This document shows positions 21,703 to 33,532 of a stretch of DNA of 64,000 nt, piece after piece (within the stretch, counting starts at the first letter, position 1; every line of letters begins with the position of its first letter). Below the pieces are notes generated by a model. The model was given only the letters and a program-made list of their open reading frames with translations. It did not search any database and was not told the origin of the DNA. Origin of the DNA: Calditrichia bacterium (GTDB taxonomy: Bacteria; Calditrichota; Calditrichia; JAJRVZ01); the NCBI GenBank assembly GCA_963777955.1, contig CAVZSQ010000022.1:128001-192000 (forward strand). The letters are read 5' to 3'. Both the position numbers and the translations under genes were made by a program.

Positions 21703-23181
21703 TTGAAAATTTTACTGGTATATCCGCAAATACCCTCCACTTTCTGGAGTTTTCGCAACGCCTTGAAATTTATTTCCAAACGGTCATCTGAACCGCCGCT
21801 GGGTTTGCTGACGGTCGCCAGTCTATTGCCGGCGGAGTGGGAAAAAAGGCTGATCGATATGAATGTCAGTCCATTAAGCGACGACGATATTTTATGGGCC
21901 GATTATGTTTTCCTCACCGCCATGGCGATTCAGCGCACTTCGTTTAATGAGGTGGTCAGCAGATGTAATGACCTGAAGGTAAAGGTCGTTGCCGGTGGTC
22001 CGATGTGCAGCAGTGATAACCAGGAAGCAGCGGGGGTGGATTATCTTGTACTGAATGAAGCCGAGCTAACTTTACCCCGGTTTGTCAATGATTTGCTGAC
22101 CGGAAATCCTCAAAAGGTATATCGCAGTGATGATTTCCCATCATTGGACTTAACTCCCGTACCGCAATGGCAATTGCTGGATATGAAAAAATATGCCACG
22201 ATGACCATACAGTATTCCCGTGGTTGTCCGCATGATTGTGAATTTTGCAGCATTACTGTGATGAACGGCAGAGTACCGCGTACTAAAAGCAAAGAACAGT
22301 TCTTGAAGGAACTGGATGTCCTGTACGGATTAGGCTGGCGTGGTACAGTTTTTATCGTCGATGACAACTTTATCGGCAACAAGAAAAAATTAAAACAGGA
22401 GATCCTGCCGGCCATGATCCAGTGGTCGCGGGAGCATCATTATCCTTTCAGTTATATAACCGAAGCCCCTATCCAACTGGCCGATGACGATGAACTTATC
22501 CGGATGATGGTTACGGCTGGCTTCGACGGGGCCTTTATAGGCATTGAGACACCCCATGATGAAAGTTTACAGGAATGCGGCAAAAAACATAATCAACACC
22601 GCGATCTGATCAGTGCAGTAAAAAAATTACAACGTAATGGCCTGATGGTTTCAGGCGGTTTTATTGTGGGTTTCGATAATGATCCTGCCAACATCTTTGA
22701 ACGGCAGATCCGTTTTATTCAAAGTAGCGGCATTGTTACGGCAATGGTTGGACTTTTAACCGCCCCGCCGGGAACCCGTTTGTTCAAACGTCTCCATGCT
22801 GAAGACCGTATCCGCCAGGATTTCAGCGGAGATAACATGGATGGTACGACGAATTTTATTCCTAAAATGAATATTCAAAAATTGAAGGAAGGTTACAAAA
22901 ATATACTGGTGACGATTTATGCTCATAAAGAATACTATGAACGGGTCCTGACTTTTTTAAAAGAATATCAGCTTCATTCTTATCGTTCCTGGAAACTTAA
23001 CCGCTATCAGATCCAGGCTTTTATAAAATCGCTGTTGATTCTGGGCATCTGGGAACGGGGACGCAGGCATTTCTGGAAATTTCTCCTGGCAACCCTGATC
23101 CGCTATCCGCATAAATTTGCCCTGGCTATAACTCTGGCCATCTACGGTTTTCATTTTCGCCGGGTGGTGGAGACAATTTAA
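21703..23181 (+). CDS. B12-binding radical SAM protein with DUF4070-type C-terminus (HpnP-like)
   Basis: PPLGLLTVA, VVAGGP, SRGCPHDCEFC (CxxxCxxC), FIVDDNFIGN, FIGIETP and GGFIVGFDND. Confidence 0.9.
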   Translation: MKILLVYPQIPSTFWSFRNALKFISKRSSEPPLGLLTVASLLPAEWEKRLIDMNVSPLSDDDILWADYVFLTAMAIQRTSFNEVVSRCNDLKVKVVAGGPMCSSDNQEAAGVDYLVLNEAELTLPRFVNDLLTGNPQKVYRSDDFPSLDLTPVPQWQLLDMKKYATMTIQYSRGCPHDCEFCSITVMNGRVPRTKSKEQFLKELDVLYGLGWRGTVFIVDDNFIGNKKKLKQEILPAMIQWSREHHYPFSYITEAPIQLADDDELIRMMVTAGFDGAFIGIETPHDESLQECGKKHNQHRDLISAVKKLQRNGLMVSGGFIVGFDNDPANIFERQIRFIQSSGIVTAMVGLLTAPPGTRLFKRLHAEDRIRQDFSGDNMDGTTNFIPKMNIQKLKEGYKNILVTIYAHKEYYERVLTFLKEYQLHSYRSWKLNRYQIQAFIKSLLILGIWERGRRHFWKFLLATLIRYPHKFALAITLAIYGFHFRRVVETI

Positions 23182-23718
23182 ATGTCGTTGCAGGGAAGAT
23201 TTTTTTGCCCCGGGCATTAAAGAATTTTGATTATTTGATTTCGTCTTACTATTTGTCTATATTTGTACTAAATTATTAATAAGGTTTAATATCTTTTTAC
23301 ACCTAATTATCAGTTTATATTCACTTTAGGAAGAGATAAATCCTGGCCGAATGCTTTTATTAGTTGCTGCAGAGATTCAAAACAGGAATAAAACCGGTTA
23401 AGTATTTGTTATATCGTTAAAACAAAGACAAAAACGCAAATTAAAAAAGGGCAGAAGAATAGGGCAAAAGAGACTGGCTCAAATATTGTAACTGGCCGAC
23501 AGGTTAGGGATTCATTGTCTTGCGTTTCCTTCCTAGAAAAAAATCTTGATCTGATCTCGAGAATTCGCTTATAATTCTTCCTCAATCAAAGTTGAAAAGA
23601 TCTGTGCTATATTTTATTAAAAACCATGCCAGAGAACTTGAGTTCACAGTGGTATTATAGATGTTTTATTTTTAAAAATAATTAACCTTAAACATTCAAT
23701 ATTCTTAGGAGATTAAGC

Positions 23719-24042
23719 ATGAATATTTACGTTGGTAATTTATCACGCGATGTGGTTGACGATGATCTGCTTCAGGCATTTAAAGAATTTGGTGAAGTAA
23801 AATCGGCTGCCGTATTAAAAGACCGCTACACCGGTGAAGCCAGGGGTTTTGGTTTCGTCGAAATGCCCAACAAGGAAGAAGCGCAAAAAGCAATTCAGGC
23901 CTTGAACAGCAAGGAAATGAAGGGACGTCACATGATCGTGAATGAAGCCCGTCCGCCCAAAGATAAAAAACATACTGGCGGCGGTGGTCCACGCAGGAGT
24001 CGTCCCGGTGGCGGCGGCGGCGGCGGTTACCGCTCATGGTAA
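23719..24042 (+). CDS. RRM RNA-binding protein with Gly-rich tail
   Basis: RNP2 IYVGNL, RNP1 RGFGFVEM and VNEARP; RBS AGGAGA. Confidence 0.95.
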   Translation: MNIYVGNLSRDVVDDDLLQAFKEFGEVKSAAVLKDRYTGEARGFGFVEMPNKEEAQKAIQALNSKEMKGRHMIVNEARPPKDKKHTGGGGPRRSRPGGGGGGGYRSW

Positions 24043-24077
24043 AAATATAACACCTTAAAAATTGTTATAATAAGTTC

Positions 24078-24113
24078 AAAAGCCGGGAGAATAATTTTTC
24101 TCCCGGCTTTTTT
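24078..24113 (+). terminator. Rho-independent terminator, possibly bidirectional
   Basis: Stem AAAAGCCGGGAGAA / TTCTCCCGGCTTTT followed by a T-run, just downstream of the RRM gene. Confidence 0.85.
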
Positions 24114-24134
24114 ATTACTAGGTGCAGTTAATTT

Positions 24135-24355
24135 ACTACGGATAAACGCGGATGGTGTGTATGCTTAAGAGATTCTCGCCTGTACTAAAACCTGACAGGG
24201 TATTCGCTCGGCGGGAATGACACCTGACTCCACCTATCACAGGTCTTCGATCTATGTCACTTTCAGCCCAGCGGCTGATAAGGGACTCAGGTATTTTTCC
24301 AGGGGAGTTAGTCACTCAGGTACCTTCAGGTTACTAAGAGACCTCGAAGGTAGCC
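24135..24355. repeat. Mosaic of degenerate REP-like palindromes
   Basis: AGATTCTCGCC...GGCGGGAATGACA (~24169-24222) encloses AAACCTGACAGG. ACCTTCAGGT...ACCTCGAAGGT lies at ~24322-24351. Confidence 0.55.
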
Positions 24356-24367
24356 ATACCTCTGTGC

Positions 24368-25889
<1,522 letters not shown>

Positions 25890-25899
25890 TTTCCTTGAG

Positions 25900-27315
25900 T
25901 TAACGGGTTGGTTGAGCATCTAATTTTTTCAGCATAATTGCGGCATTCTGATTGGCGGGATTCAACTCCAGGGATTTCAGATAGTATTGCCTGGCCAGAT
26001 CTTTCTGGCCGTCAATAAAATAGGCTTCGCCCAGACTGTCATAGACATTCGACGAGTGAGGATATTGCCGTGCGTTAAATTTTAATACAGCAATGGCCAG
26101 TCTTTTGTTCTTTTGCTGCAGAAAAAAATAACCCATGGCATTGATACTCCATTCTCCGAGCAAATCAGATTCCACACATTTCATTAATGCCGTCTCGATC
26201 AGTTTTTCTGCTGAATCTGCCTGGTTGATCACGAAAAGGGGATCCGCCTGGTCAAGTTTGGCACCTAATTCCATGTAGGATTGTACTGCCTGGTCGTCGG
26301 TTTTCTCGCGGTAAATCCGGGCGGCCTGGCGGGCTTTTTCCAGGGCAATACCAAGCGCTGCCGTTGATTCGATCTTGATATCGGGTGTAATTCCAACCCC
26401 CTCCCAGTTGGCAGCAGTAAGCGGATTAATGGCCCGGCCGACGGGAATAAAAATATTGAAGCGGGAATTGAGTTCATAGGTAAAACCGGGATTAGCGCCG
26501 CCGCCGGTAGTTTCTCCGATAGAGATGGCGCGTTGCCGTGTTTTTAAATTATAGGTGAATTCTTCTGCTGCTGAAAAGGTAAAATGACTGGTTAAAATAA
26601 ATAATGGCAGCCGGGGCAGTTTCCTGATGGAAACCCGGTCCAGACTCCAGAATTCCTCTGTATAATCATCACGCCGCCAGTAGAAACTGTTCAACAGCAG
26701 CGGCTGATCGAAAAAATGACTGCAGATATACTGAACCGTGCCCGGCATACCGCCGTTATTTTCCCGCAGATCGATGATCAGGGCATCGACATGCTCCAGC
26801 AGTTTCATAGCGGCATCGATTTTTGGCTGGGAGATCTCCAGCGGCTCAAAGGAAGTAATATTTAAATAACCGATATTGCCGATCATTATTTTAACTTCCC
26901 CGATGCCACCGCTTGTTTTTTGGGTCTGGTACATGGGCAGCAGAAATGACAACAGCGGATTTTTCTGCTGCAGTCGTTCTTCTGCCGGCAGCACGGTCTG
27001 TACGCGTACATGTCTATCCTTAAGTACAGTATATATATCACTGGTCAGCTTTTCGGCAAATTGGCGGGGATGACTGAGACGATCGTATTTACCAGAGTCG
27101 AATCGTTCTTTCAGCAGGTCGGAGCACTTTTGTGCCGGGTCCTCAAAAATATAATTTTTTATCAGCAGGGCGCCGATATCATTAATTATTTGCCGGCGCT
27201 CATCTAAAGATAATTTAGTAGTAATATCCTGGCCGGATATGGGATGGCAGAACCATAAATTGAACAGCAGGCTGACGATTGGCAGAATAATCATCTGCTT
27301 AAAATCTACTCGCAT
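25900..27315 (-). CDS. S41-family peptidase (IRBP-like) with C-terminal TPR
   Basis: Signal peptide; NIGYLNITSF, ALIIDLRENNGG, TFSAAEEF, IGETTGGGA and WEGVGITPDI; TPR NVYDSLGEAY...SLELNPAN. Confidence 0.9.
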   Translation of the reverse strand: MRVDFKQMIILPIVSLLFNLWFCHPISGQDITTKLSLDERRQIINDIGALLIKNYIFEDPAQKCSDLLKERFDSGKYDRLSHPRQFAEKLTSDIYTVLKDRHVRVQTVLPAEERLQQKNPLLSFLLPMYQTQKTSGGIGEVKIMIGNIGYLNITSFEPLEISQPKIDAAMKLLEHVDALIIDLRENNGGMPGTVQYICSHFFDQPLLLNSFYWRRDDYTEEFWSLDRVSIRKLPRLPLFILTSHFTFSAAEEFTYNLKTRQRAISIGETTGGGANPGFTYELNSRFNIFIPVGRAINPLTAANWEGVGITPDIKIESTAALGIALEKARQAARIYREKTDDQAVQSYMELGAKLDQADPLFVINQADSAEKLIETALMKCVESDLLGEWSINAMGYFFLQQKNKRLAIAVLKFNARQYPHSSNVYDSLGEAYFIDGQKDLARQYYLKSLELNPANQNAAIMLKKLDAQPTR

Positions 27316-27415
27316 AGTTGCACCTGATAATAAAACAGCTTATCACTCACATTTTAATTAATTGAAATCAATATGGCAATAGAACAATGGAAGGAATGGT
27401 TGAGGTGATTCAGGC

Positions 27416-27443
27416 ATAGGGGCAATTCATGAATTGCCCCTAT
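27416..27443. repeat. Perfect 28-bp palindrome ATAGGGGCAATTCATGAATTGCCCCTAT (GTAG-type REP-like)
   Basis: An exact inverted repeat. A partial copy (ATGAATTACCCCT) overlaps the stop codon of the adjacent TPM gene. Confidence 0.8.
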
Positions 27444-27446
27444 CGA

Positions 27447-27884
27447 TTATGAATTACCCCTGCTGGTGGTAATTTCGTTGGGCAATTCGTCCACATCATC
27501 TTTTTGATGTGGAAAGTATTCATGCAATTTTTCAGCGGCTCTTTGTACACCAGCAATTATACCCGTGCTGAACTGGCCTTTCGTAAAATTTTCCTGCATC
27601 TCGGCCTTAACATCAGTCCAGAAATTTTCCGGGACCAGTTGGTTAATACCTTTGTCGCCGTAAATAGCGAACTGCTTATCCTGGACGGCCAGATAAATCA
27701 AGACGCCATTGTGCTGCCTGGTTCGGTGCATTTTCAATCTCTTGAACCATTTGACGGTTCGTTTTGAGACATTTCCCCTGCAGTTCAGTTCCAGGTGCAC
27801 GCGTATCTCCCCGGAAGTCAGCCGTTCGGCAGATTTAATGGCCTGAGTGATTTGCTGTTTTTGTTCGGCGATTGAAGAAATCAT
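27447..27884 (-). CDS. TPM-domain protein
   Basis: AIKSAERLTSGEIRVH, NGVLIYLA..DKQFAIYGDKGIN and DELPNEI. Confidence 0.9.
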   Translation of the reverse strand: MISSIAEQKQQITQAIKSAERLTSGEIRVHLELNCRGNVSKRTVKWFKRLKMHRTRQHNGVLIYLAVQDKQFAIYGDKGINQLVPENFWTDVKAEMQENFTKGQFSTGIIAGVQRAAEKLHEYFPHQKDDVDELPNEITTSRGNS

Positions 27885-28037
27885 TTATATTCATAATGTT
27901 TTTATACTAATTTATTTATTTCATCCGATCCCTGCAGGATCGTAATTATTATAAGAGGACCTCTATTTCTACATACATTTGATGCCTACGGTATCATGAC
28001 CCCATGATTTCTTAATTCTTTAATCTTTCATCTTCAA

Positions 28038-28104
28038 CTCAGTGTCCCCTATGCCTGAGTACTAGTTTTTCTTTGTGCCTTTGTACCTCTGTGCCTTTGT
28101 CCCT
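28038..28104. repeat. Short-unit repeat cluster (CTTTGTGC/CTCTGTGC/CTTTGTCC)
   Basis: Tandem 8-nt units; related units (GGCACTGAGGCACTAAAGCACAAA, CCCTGAGTCCCTGAGT) occur at ~41765-41830. Confidence 0.55.
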
Positions 28105-28112
28105 TCTGTTGT

Positions 28113-28912
28113 TCACCAACTCCCGCTGGCTCCCCCGCCTCCGGAACTCCCGCCGAATCCACCGCTGAAACCACCGCCGCTGAATCCTCCTCCGCCGAAA
28201 CCGCCACCAAATCCACCGCCGGAACTCCCGCCGCCTCCCCACCAGAATGGTCCGTCATAATACGATTTTTTCCCTTTAGAATCATAACTGACCGAACGTC
28301 GTGTACTCAAAATCACAGAAAGAAAAATAAAAAGAAAGAAAATAAGCGATAATCGTACCCGGACCGAGAGTGAATCCTTCATTGGCCTCTCCGACTGACA
28401 GGAATTTTATATTTTCCTTCTACTGCCGGGATCAGGATATCCAGCGCTGCTTTTATCCCGGCATAATAATTCCCCTGCCTGAATTCAGGCGCCAGATAAT
28501 TGCGGATCAGGGTTGCCGATTGGGCATCGGTTACAACATCTTCCAGGCCATACCCAATCTCGAACCGTACTTTACGATCGTTGCTGAATATAACCAGTAA
28601 AATACCATTATCCTGCTCAGCCAATCCCGGTTTCCATTTATCATAAAGTCTGACTGAAAAATCATCTAAATAATAATTTTCCGGCAGCTGCTTAAAAATT
28701 GCGATGAAAATCTGATTGGACGAACGCTGCTGCAAATCTGCCAGCATATTATCGAGTGTTGTCTTTTCAGCACCGGACAATACACCGGCATAGTCCATTA
28801 CCCAGGAAGTTGGTTTATCAGGCAAGTCCGATGGTGACTGGGCCAGAGCAGGAGTGGCAGTGATCATTACCAGCAAGAAGAAAAATATTTTTATTTTAAA
28901 AAATGTTTTCAT
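28113..28912 (-). CDS. TPM-domain membrane protein (YgcG-like) with Gly-rich tail, frame break near 28380
   Basis: WVMDYAGVLS, DNGILLVI..DRKVRFEIGYGLEDVVTD, then a TM and GGGFSGGFGGSSGGGGASGSW in the second frame. Confidence 0.88.
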
Positions 28913-28956
28913 ATACAACAATTCAGCTGGTCAGATTAATTTTACCAATTTTAAAA

Positions 28957-29556
28957 CTAGAATTTTACCTGAGGAACTTTTTCGCTGCCGGGCTCCGATT
29001 TAAAATACATTTTTTCTTTAAAGCCAAAAATCGCTCCGACTATATTGGCCGGAAATACCCGCACAGCGACATTAAATTGTTGCACGGTTTCATTAAAACG
29101 GCCGCGTTCAACGCTGATACGATTCTCGGTGCCTTCCAACTGTGACTGCAGATCGGCGAAACGCTGATCGGCCTTAAGATTGGGATATGCTTCCACCACA
29201 GCCATTAAACGCTGCAAAGCCGATGAGAGGTCTCCCTGCACTTGTTGAAAACGGGCGAAGGCTTCGGGATTGTTCAGTACTTCGGGACCGATATTGATCT
29301 GTCCGCCGACCTTGGAGCGGGCATCGGTGACTGCTTCCAGGGTTTCCCGTTCATGCGCAGCATACCCTTTGACCACTTCCACCAGATTGGGAATTAAATC
29401 GGCCCGTCGCTGATATACATTTTCCACCTGGGCCCACTTCTGGTTGACCCCTTCTTCCAGGGCGACAAAATTATTATAGTTTCTTTTGAAGAACGAGTAA
29501 CCGAAAATGAGCAGGATAACCAGAATGACTAAAAAGATAATCGTACCTTTTTTCAT
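28957..29556 (-). CDS. lemA: LemA family protein
   Basis: N-terminal TM; WAQVENVYQRRADLIPNLV, VEAYPNLKA and LEGTENRISVER. Confidence 0.95.
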   Translation of the reverse strand: MKKGTIIFLVILVILLIFGYSFFKRNYNNFVALEEGVNQKWAQVENVYQRRADLIPNLVEVVKGYAAHERETLEAVTDARSKVGGQINIGPEVLNNPEAFARFQQVQGDLSSALQRLMAVVEAYPNLKADQRFADLQSQLEGTENRISVERGRFNETVQQFNVAVRVFPANIVGAIFGFKEKMYFKSEPGSEKVPQVKF

Positions 29557-29832
29557 TTTTCCTCCGATAAAGTTATAATCCGTTCCATATTACTGAACAT
29601 CCGGCCGGCGTTAAAATATTCCATCTTTAAAATGCCAGTATTGATCATCACTTTGATTTTAATCCCGGTTTCGATCAAAATATTTAATTATCCAGATTTT
29701 ATATTTTTTTATTCAAAATTCAAAGTATATTTTCACAAATAATCTCTTTTCGCCGAAAGTATGTTTTTCAAGAGCCCGGTAGGTAAAAAAGAACAATTTA
29801 TAGCCGATCGATTATTTCAAGCAGGAGTAACG

Positions 29833-30211
29833 ATGGATCCGGTTCGCGAGCAGTTATTAAAGAACATGGGTTTTTCTGAGAAAGCCATTGCGATTTTAGA
29901 TCAGAATCTGAATATGGGCAAACTGACGGATGCTTCGGTCAGTGCCCAACACCAGGGAGCCTGTGGTGATATTCTTTTTCTTTTTTTAAAAATTAGTCAG
30001 GATATCATCAGTGAAGCCAGGTTTGAATATATCGGTTGTGCCGGATTGCAGGTGTGCGCCTCGGCCCTGACCGAACTGATTAAAGGATTGACGCTGGATA
30101 AGGCGGGACAGGCTCGAAGCCCGGGATATAATTGATTATTTAGAAAGTATTCCGCAGCGCAAGTATGAATGCGCTGAGATTTCACGTGATACTTTGCGTA
30201 AAGTGATTTAA
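29833..30211 (+). CDS. IscU/NifU-N-type Fe-S scaffold-like protein, frame break near 30112
   Basis: GACGD, IGCA and, after removing one base, IPQRKYECAEIS supply the three Cys. RBS AGGAG precedes ATG 29833. The 3' end is approximate. Confidence 0.8.
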
Positions 30212-30258
30212 TCAGCTGGCAGCAGCCGGATTTAAAAGTTATCTGACAGGAGATAAAT

Positions 30259-30721
30259 ATGCAGTGCAAAAAGTGCGGCAGGGAATATCCCTCTGCCTAT
30301 TATTTTCAAACCAAGTACGTCTGCAAACAATGTTACACGACCATGAGTGAAAGTGAAAAAGTTGCGGCTAACAAGGAACAATTTCCAATCGATCCCGCTA
30401 TGACCACCACAACTTTCAACCTGGAAGGGTACCGTGTGGTCAGACAGCTGGGAGTGGTACGGGGTATCATCGTTCGTTCCCGCTCGTTGTTCGGCACCAT
30501 CGGCGGCGCTTTGCACACGCTGGTCGGTGGAAATATAACGCTGTTCACCGAGTTATGCGAGAAAACACGGGAAGATGCTTTTGAAGCCATGCTCAATCAT
30601 GCTCTGGAAATCGGGGCCAATGCCGTGATTGGTGTGCGTTACGATGCGACTGAGACTGATGAGCAGCGTTACGGAAGTATTATGCTATGGAACGGCGGTA
30701 GTAGTAGAACCGGCAAAATAG
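30259..30721 (+). CDS. YbjQ/UPF0145 family protein with N-terminal CxxC...CxxC zinc ribbon, frame break near 30655
   Basis: TTTFNLEGYRVVRQLGVVRG, GANAVIGVRYD and the corrected tail TELMSSVTEVLCYGTAVVVE; N-terminal CKKC...CKQC. Confidence 0.85.
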
Positions 30722-30979
30722 CATTAACCTGAGCGCGGCCAGGCCGGTAACTCTGCAACTCTGTAGCAATCCGTCAAGGATTTAAAAGATACTATGCGGA
30801 ACAATTAAATCCTTTCTGCGTATCGTTCGGATATCTTAGAACTTACAGGAATCATTATTTTTAAAAGGAGATTAATCAACAGATTTTAATAAGTACACAA
30901 TCAAATAACATATTGATCCCATTATAATTAATAGATTCTGAGAATAAAATCAATTTTTACCTAGATAAGGAGGCTGTTT

Positions 30980-31408
30980 ATGCGGAGAAAATTATTTCTG
31001 TTAATTATGTCGATCATTAGTGCTGTATTACTCTATGGTTGTGCCAGTTCAGGCGCTTTTATTGCGGCAAATGTAACCGGTGTCGAGTTGTCCGAACCAA
31101 ACTTTAAAGTAGCAGCGACCAGTGTCAGTGGCGAATCCTCAGCGAGTTATTTACTGGGTTTCAGTTTTTCGACCGGCACAATAACTAATACCTTGGCTCT
31201 GGTCAGGACAGGGGGTACCGGTCAATTGTATAAAGAAGCACTGGAACAATTGTGGCAAAATTATGAGAAAGATCATGGCAGTGCGGTGGGCAAGAAACTG
31301 GCCCTGGTCAATATACGCTATGATGCCGATATTCTTAATCTGGTCGTATACACGCAGGTAAAATATTATATCCGTGCCGATGTGGTTGAATTCGGGGTAA
31401 AGGAATAA
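30980..31408 (+). CDS. Lipoprotein of unknown function (DUF6567-like)
   Basis: Lipobox LYGC; VELSEPNFKV, LYKEALEQL, ALVNIRYD and IRADVVEF. Confidence 0.7.
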   Translation: MRRKLFLLIMSIISAVLLYGCASSGAFIAANVTGVELSEPNFKVAATSVSGESSASYLLGFSFSTGTITNTLALVRTGGTGQLYKEALEQLWQNYEKDHGSAVGKKLALVNIRYDADILNLVVYTQVKYYIRADVVEFGVKE

Positions 31409-31437
31409 AAACCGGCTCATTTGCACTGGAGACTGGT

Positions 31438-32080
31438 ATGTCCGTACTGAATGAATTTGAAAAACTGCTGAGCCGGCCCGAAAAAAAAGTTCTGGAGAAA
31501 CTAAGTACGCCCGCCGGGATCCAGTCCTTCCTGGATTCCATGCCATACTCCTCCGAATCCGTTTACCGCTGCCCTTTGCGCGTATTGCGGGAACAGGTGG
31601 CGCATTGTTTCGACGGAGCGCTGTTCGCTGCTGCCGCGCTGCGGCGGCTCGGATATGCCCCGCTTATCCTGGACCTGATTCCCAGTCAGCGGGACGATGA
31701 TCATGTGTTGGCCCTGTTCAAAATCGAGAAGCACTGGGGCGCTATTGCTAAATCCAATTTTGCGGGTCTGCGCTTCCGCGAACCGATTTTTCGCTCCTTG
31801 CGTGAACTGGCCCTGTCTTATTTTGAACAATACTATAATACAGCCAGAGAAAAAACATTACGCGGATATTCTCTGCCCCTGAATTTAAAAACCTTTGACC
31901 GGCTGGACTGGATGTATCAGGACCAGTCGCTGGAAATAATCGCAGCTGAAATTAGATACGCTGAAGCACTTTCCCTTACTGACCCGGAAAATGATTTCAG
32001 CTTTGCAGCCGGTCGACTTGCGCTCTCACCGGGCCGGCCTGCTTGGCGCAGACGAGCGGGGCTTATTCAAGCCGGATTAA
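31438..32080 (+). CDS. Hypothetical protein with possible transglutaminase/papain-like Cys-His, frame break near 31948
   Basis: AHCFDGALFAAA, DDDHVLALF and WGAIAKSN. The corrected frame ends GLLGADERGLFKPD at 32080, removing the overlap with galE. Confidence 0.65.
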
Positions 32081-32159
32081 ATATGAAATATTGCAATCGT
32101 AACAGTGAACTTCTAAATTTACTTTCAGACATTAAAACAGTTATGAGAAGGGGTTCAGT

Positions 32160-33140
32160 ATGCAAAAATTCTCCGATCCTATTTTGGTTACCGGTGGTGC
32201 CGGATATATCGGCAGTCATGTGGTCAGGCTGCTGTGCGATGAAGGATATAAGGTGATAATCCTGGACAACTTTTCTCAGGGCCGGCGTGAAAATGTCGAT
32301 CCGCGCGCTGTTTTAATTGAAGGGGATGTGCTTAATGCCGCTGACCTGGATAAGGCTTTTGCCCATGGCATTAAAGTGGTGATTCACTTTGCGGCCTGGA
32401 AAGCAGCCGGCGAATCGATGACCGACCCCGGCAAATTTGCCTGGAATAATATCAGCGGAACCCTGTTCCTGCTGAATGCCCTGTTAAAACATGGAGTGAA
32501 ACATTTTGTATTTTCTTCTTCGGCCGCAGTCTATGGGAATCCGCACTATCTGCCGATTGATGAAAAACATCCGTTAAATCCTACCAATTACTATGGCTAT
32601 ACCAAGATGGCTATCGAGCAAAATCTTTCCTGGTACAGCAAATTAAAGGGATTACGCTTTTGCGCCCTGCGCTATTTTAACGCGACCGGATATGATATCA
32701 ACGGCCAGATCAGAGGAAAGGAACGGAATCCCTCCAATCTCTCACCGGTAGTGATGGAAGTACTGTCCGGAATGCGCCCTGTCCTGGAAATTTTCGGTGA
32801 TGATTATTCCACCGCCGACGGGACCTGTATTCGTGATTATATTCATGTCAATGATCTGGCCTCTGCTCATCTGCTGGCCATGGATTATATCATTGAAAAA
32901 GACAAAGATCTGATTGTTAATCTGGGTACCGGACGCGGCCATTCAGTACTGGAAGTAATTAAAACTGCCGAAGAGGCGACCGGTAAAAAAGTGAATTATA
33001 AAATTGTCGGCCGCAGAGCGGGTGATACTGAAGAACTGGTAGCCAGTTGTGAACTTGCTAACAGATTATTGAAATGGCAGGCTAAATATTCCGATCTGGC
33101 GACTATCTTCAGAACCATGACCAAAGTTTATATGGAATAA
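32160..33140 (+). CDS. galE: UDP-glucose 4-epimerase
   Basis: TGGAGYIGSH, HFAAWKAAGES, FSSSAAVYG, YGYTK, LRYFNA and DGTCIRDYIHVNDLA. Confidence 0.95.
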   Translation: MQKFSDPILVTGGAGYIGSHVVRLLCDEGYKVIILDNFSQGRRENVDPRAVLIEGDVLNAADLDKAFAHGIKVVIHFAAWKAAGESMTDPGKFAWNNISGTLFLLNALLKHGVKHFVFSSSAAVYGNPHYLPIDEKHPLNPTNYYGYTKMAIEQNLSWYSKLKGLRFCALRYFNATGYDINGQIRGKERNPSNLSPVVMEVLSGMRPVLEIFGDDYSTADGTCIRDYIHVNDLASAHLLAMDYIIEKDKDLIVNLGTGRGHSVLEVIKTAEEATGKKVNYKIVGRRAGDTEELVASCELANRLLKWQAKYSDLATIFRTMTKVYME

Positions 33141-33157
33141 TATTTATAGCTACGGAA

Positions 33158-33532
33158 TCAATCTTCTTCGCGTTCCACAATTTCATAAGCATAGCCACCG
33201 GGATTGGTAGAGTAAAACGCGCATTCCTTTAAATCGTCCTCGCTCAGATTGGTGGTCAGGTCTTTAAAACAAACGAAAACTATATTATCACTGTCCAGGG
33301 CACTTTTTTCATCCCATTCGGTATAAGTTTGTTCTTCATATTCGTCTTTACCGAAATCATCCTGATATTCATCAAAATCCGAGTTGTCCAATATCTCTTC
33401 GTTGGTTAAACTCTGGATTTTATCAAAATCAGCGATGGTTTCTCCGGGTTCTAATTCGATGACATAGTCGGCATACTGCAAAGTTTCATCGTTTATCACC
33501 AGTTCTTCATCATTTAAGTTCAATATCCTCAT
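33158..33532 (-). CDS. Highly acidic hypothetical protein
   Basis: 124-aa Asp/Glu-rich ORF with a strong RBS (GGAGGGG) before ATG 33532. Confidence 0.7.
   Translation of the reverse strand: MRILNLNDEELVINDETLQYADYVIELEPGETIADFDKIQSLTNEEILDNSDFDEYQDDFGKDEYEEQTYTEWDEKSALDSDNIVFVCFKDLTTNLSEDDLKECAFYSTNPGGYAYEIVEREED

Noticed and set aside
21703..23181. Naming the radical SAM gene hpnP (hopanoid methylase)
   Set aside because: The family is broad and no hopanoid genes are nearby, so the substrate cannot be assigned.
23182..23718. Long intergenic region before the RRM gene as a tRNA, riboswitch or sRNA
   Set aside because: AT-rich with no cloverleaf or aptamer consensus that I can recognise; probably promoter plus leader.
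28113..28240. GC-rich CCGCC repeats
   Set aside because: They encode the ordinary Gly-rich tail of the TPM/YgcG-like protein. The same applies to the RRM tail near 24010-24030.
31950..32256. ORF-track C-terminal extension of the 31438 gene overlapping galE
   Set aside because: A product of the extra base near 31948; the corrected frame stops at 32080.
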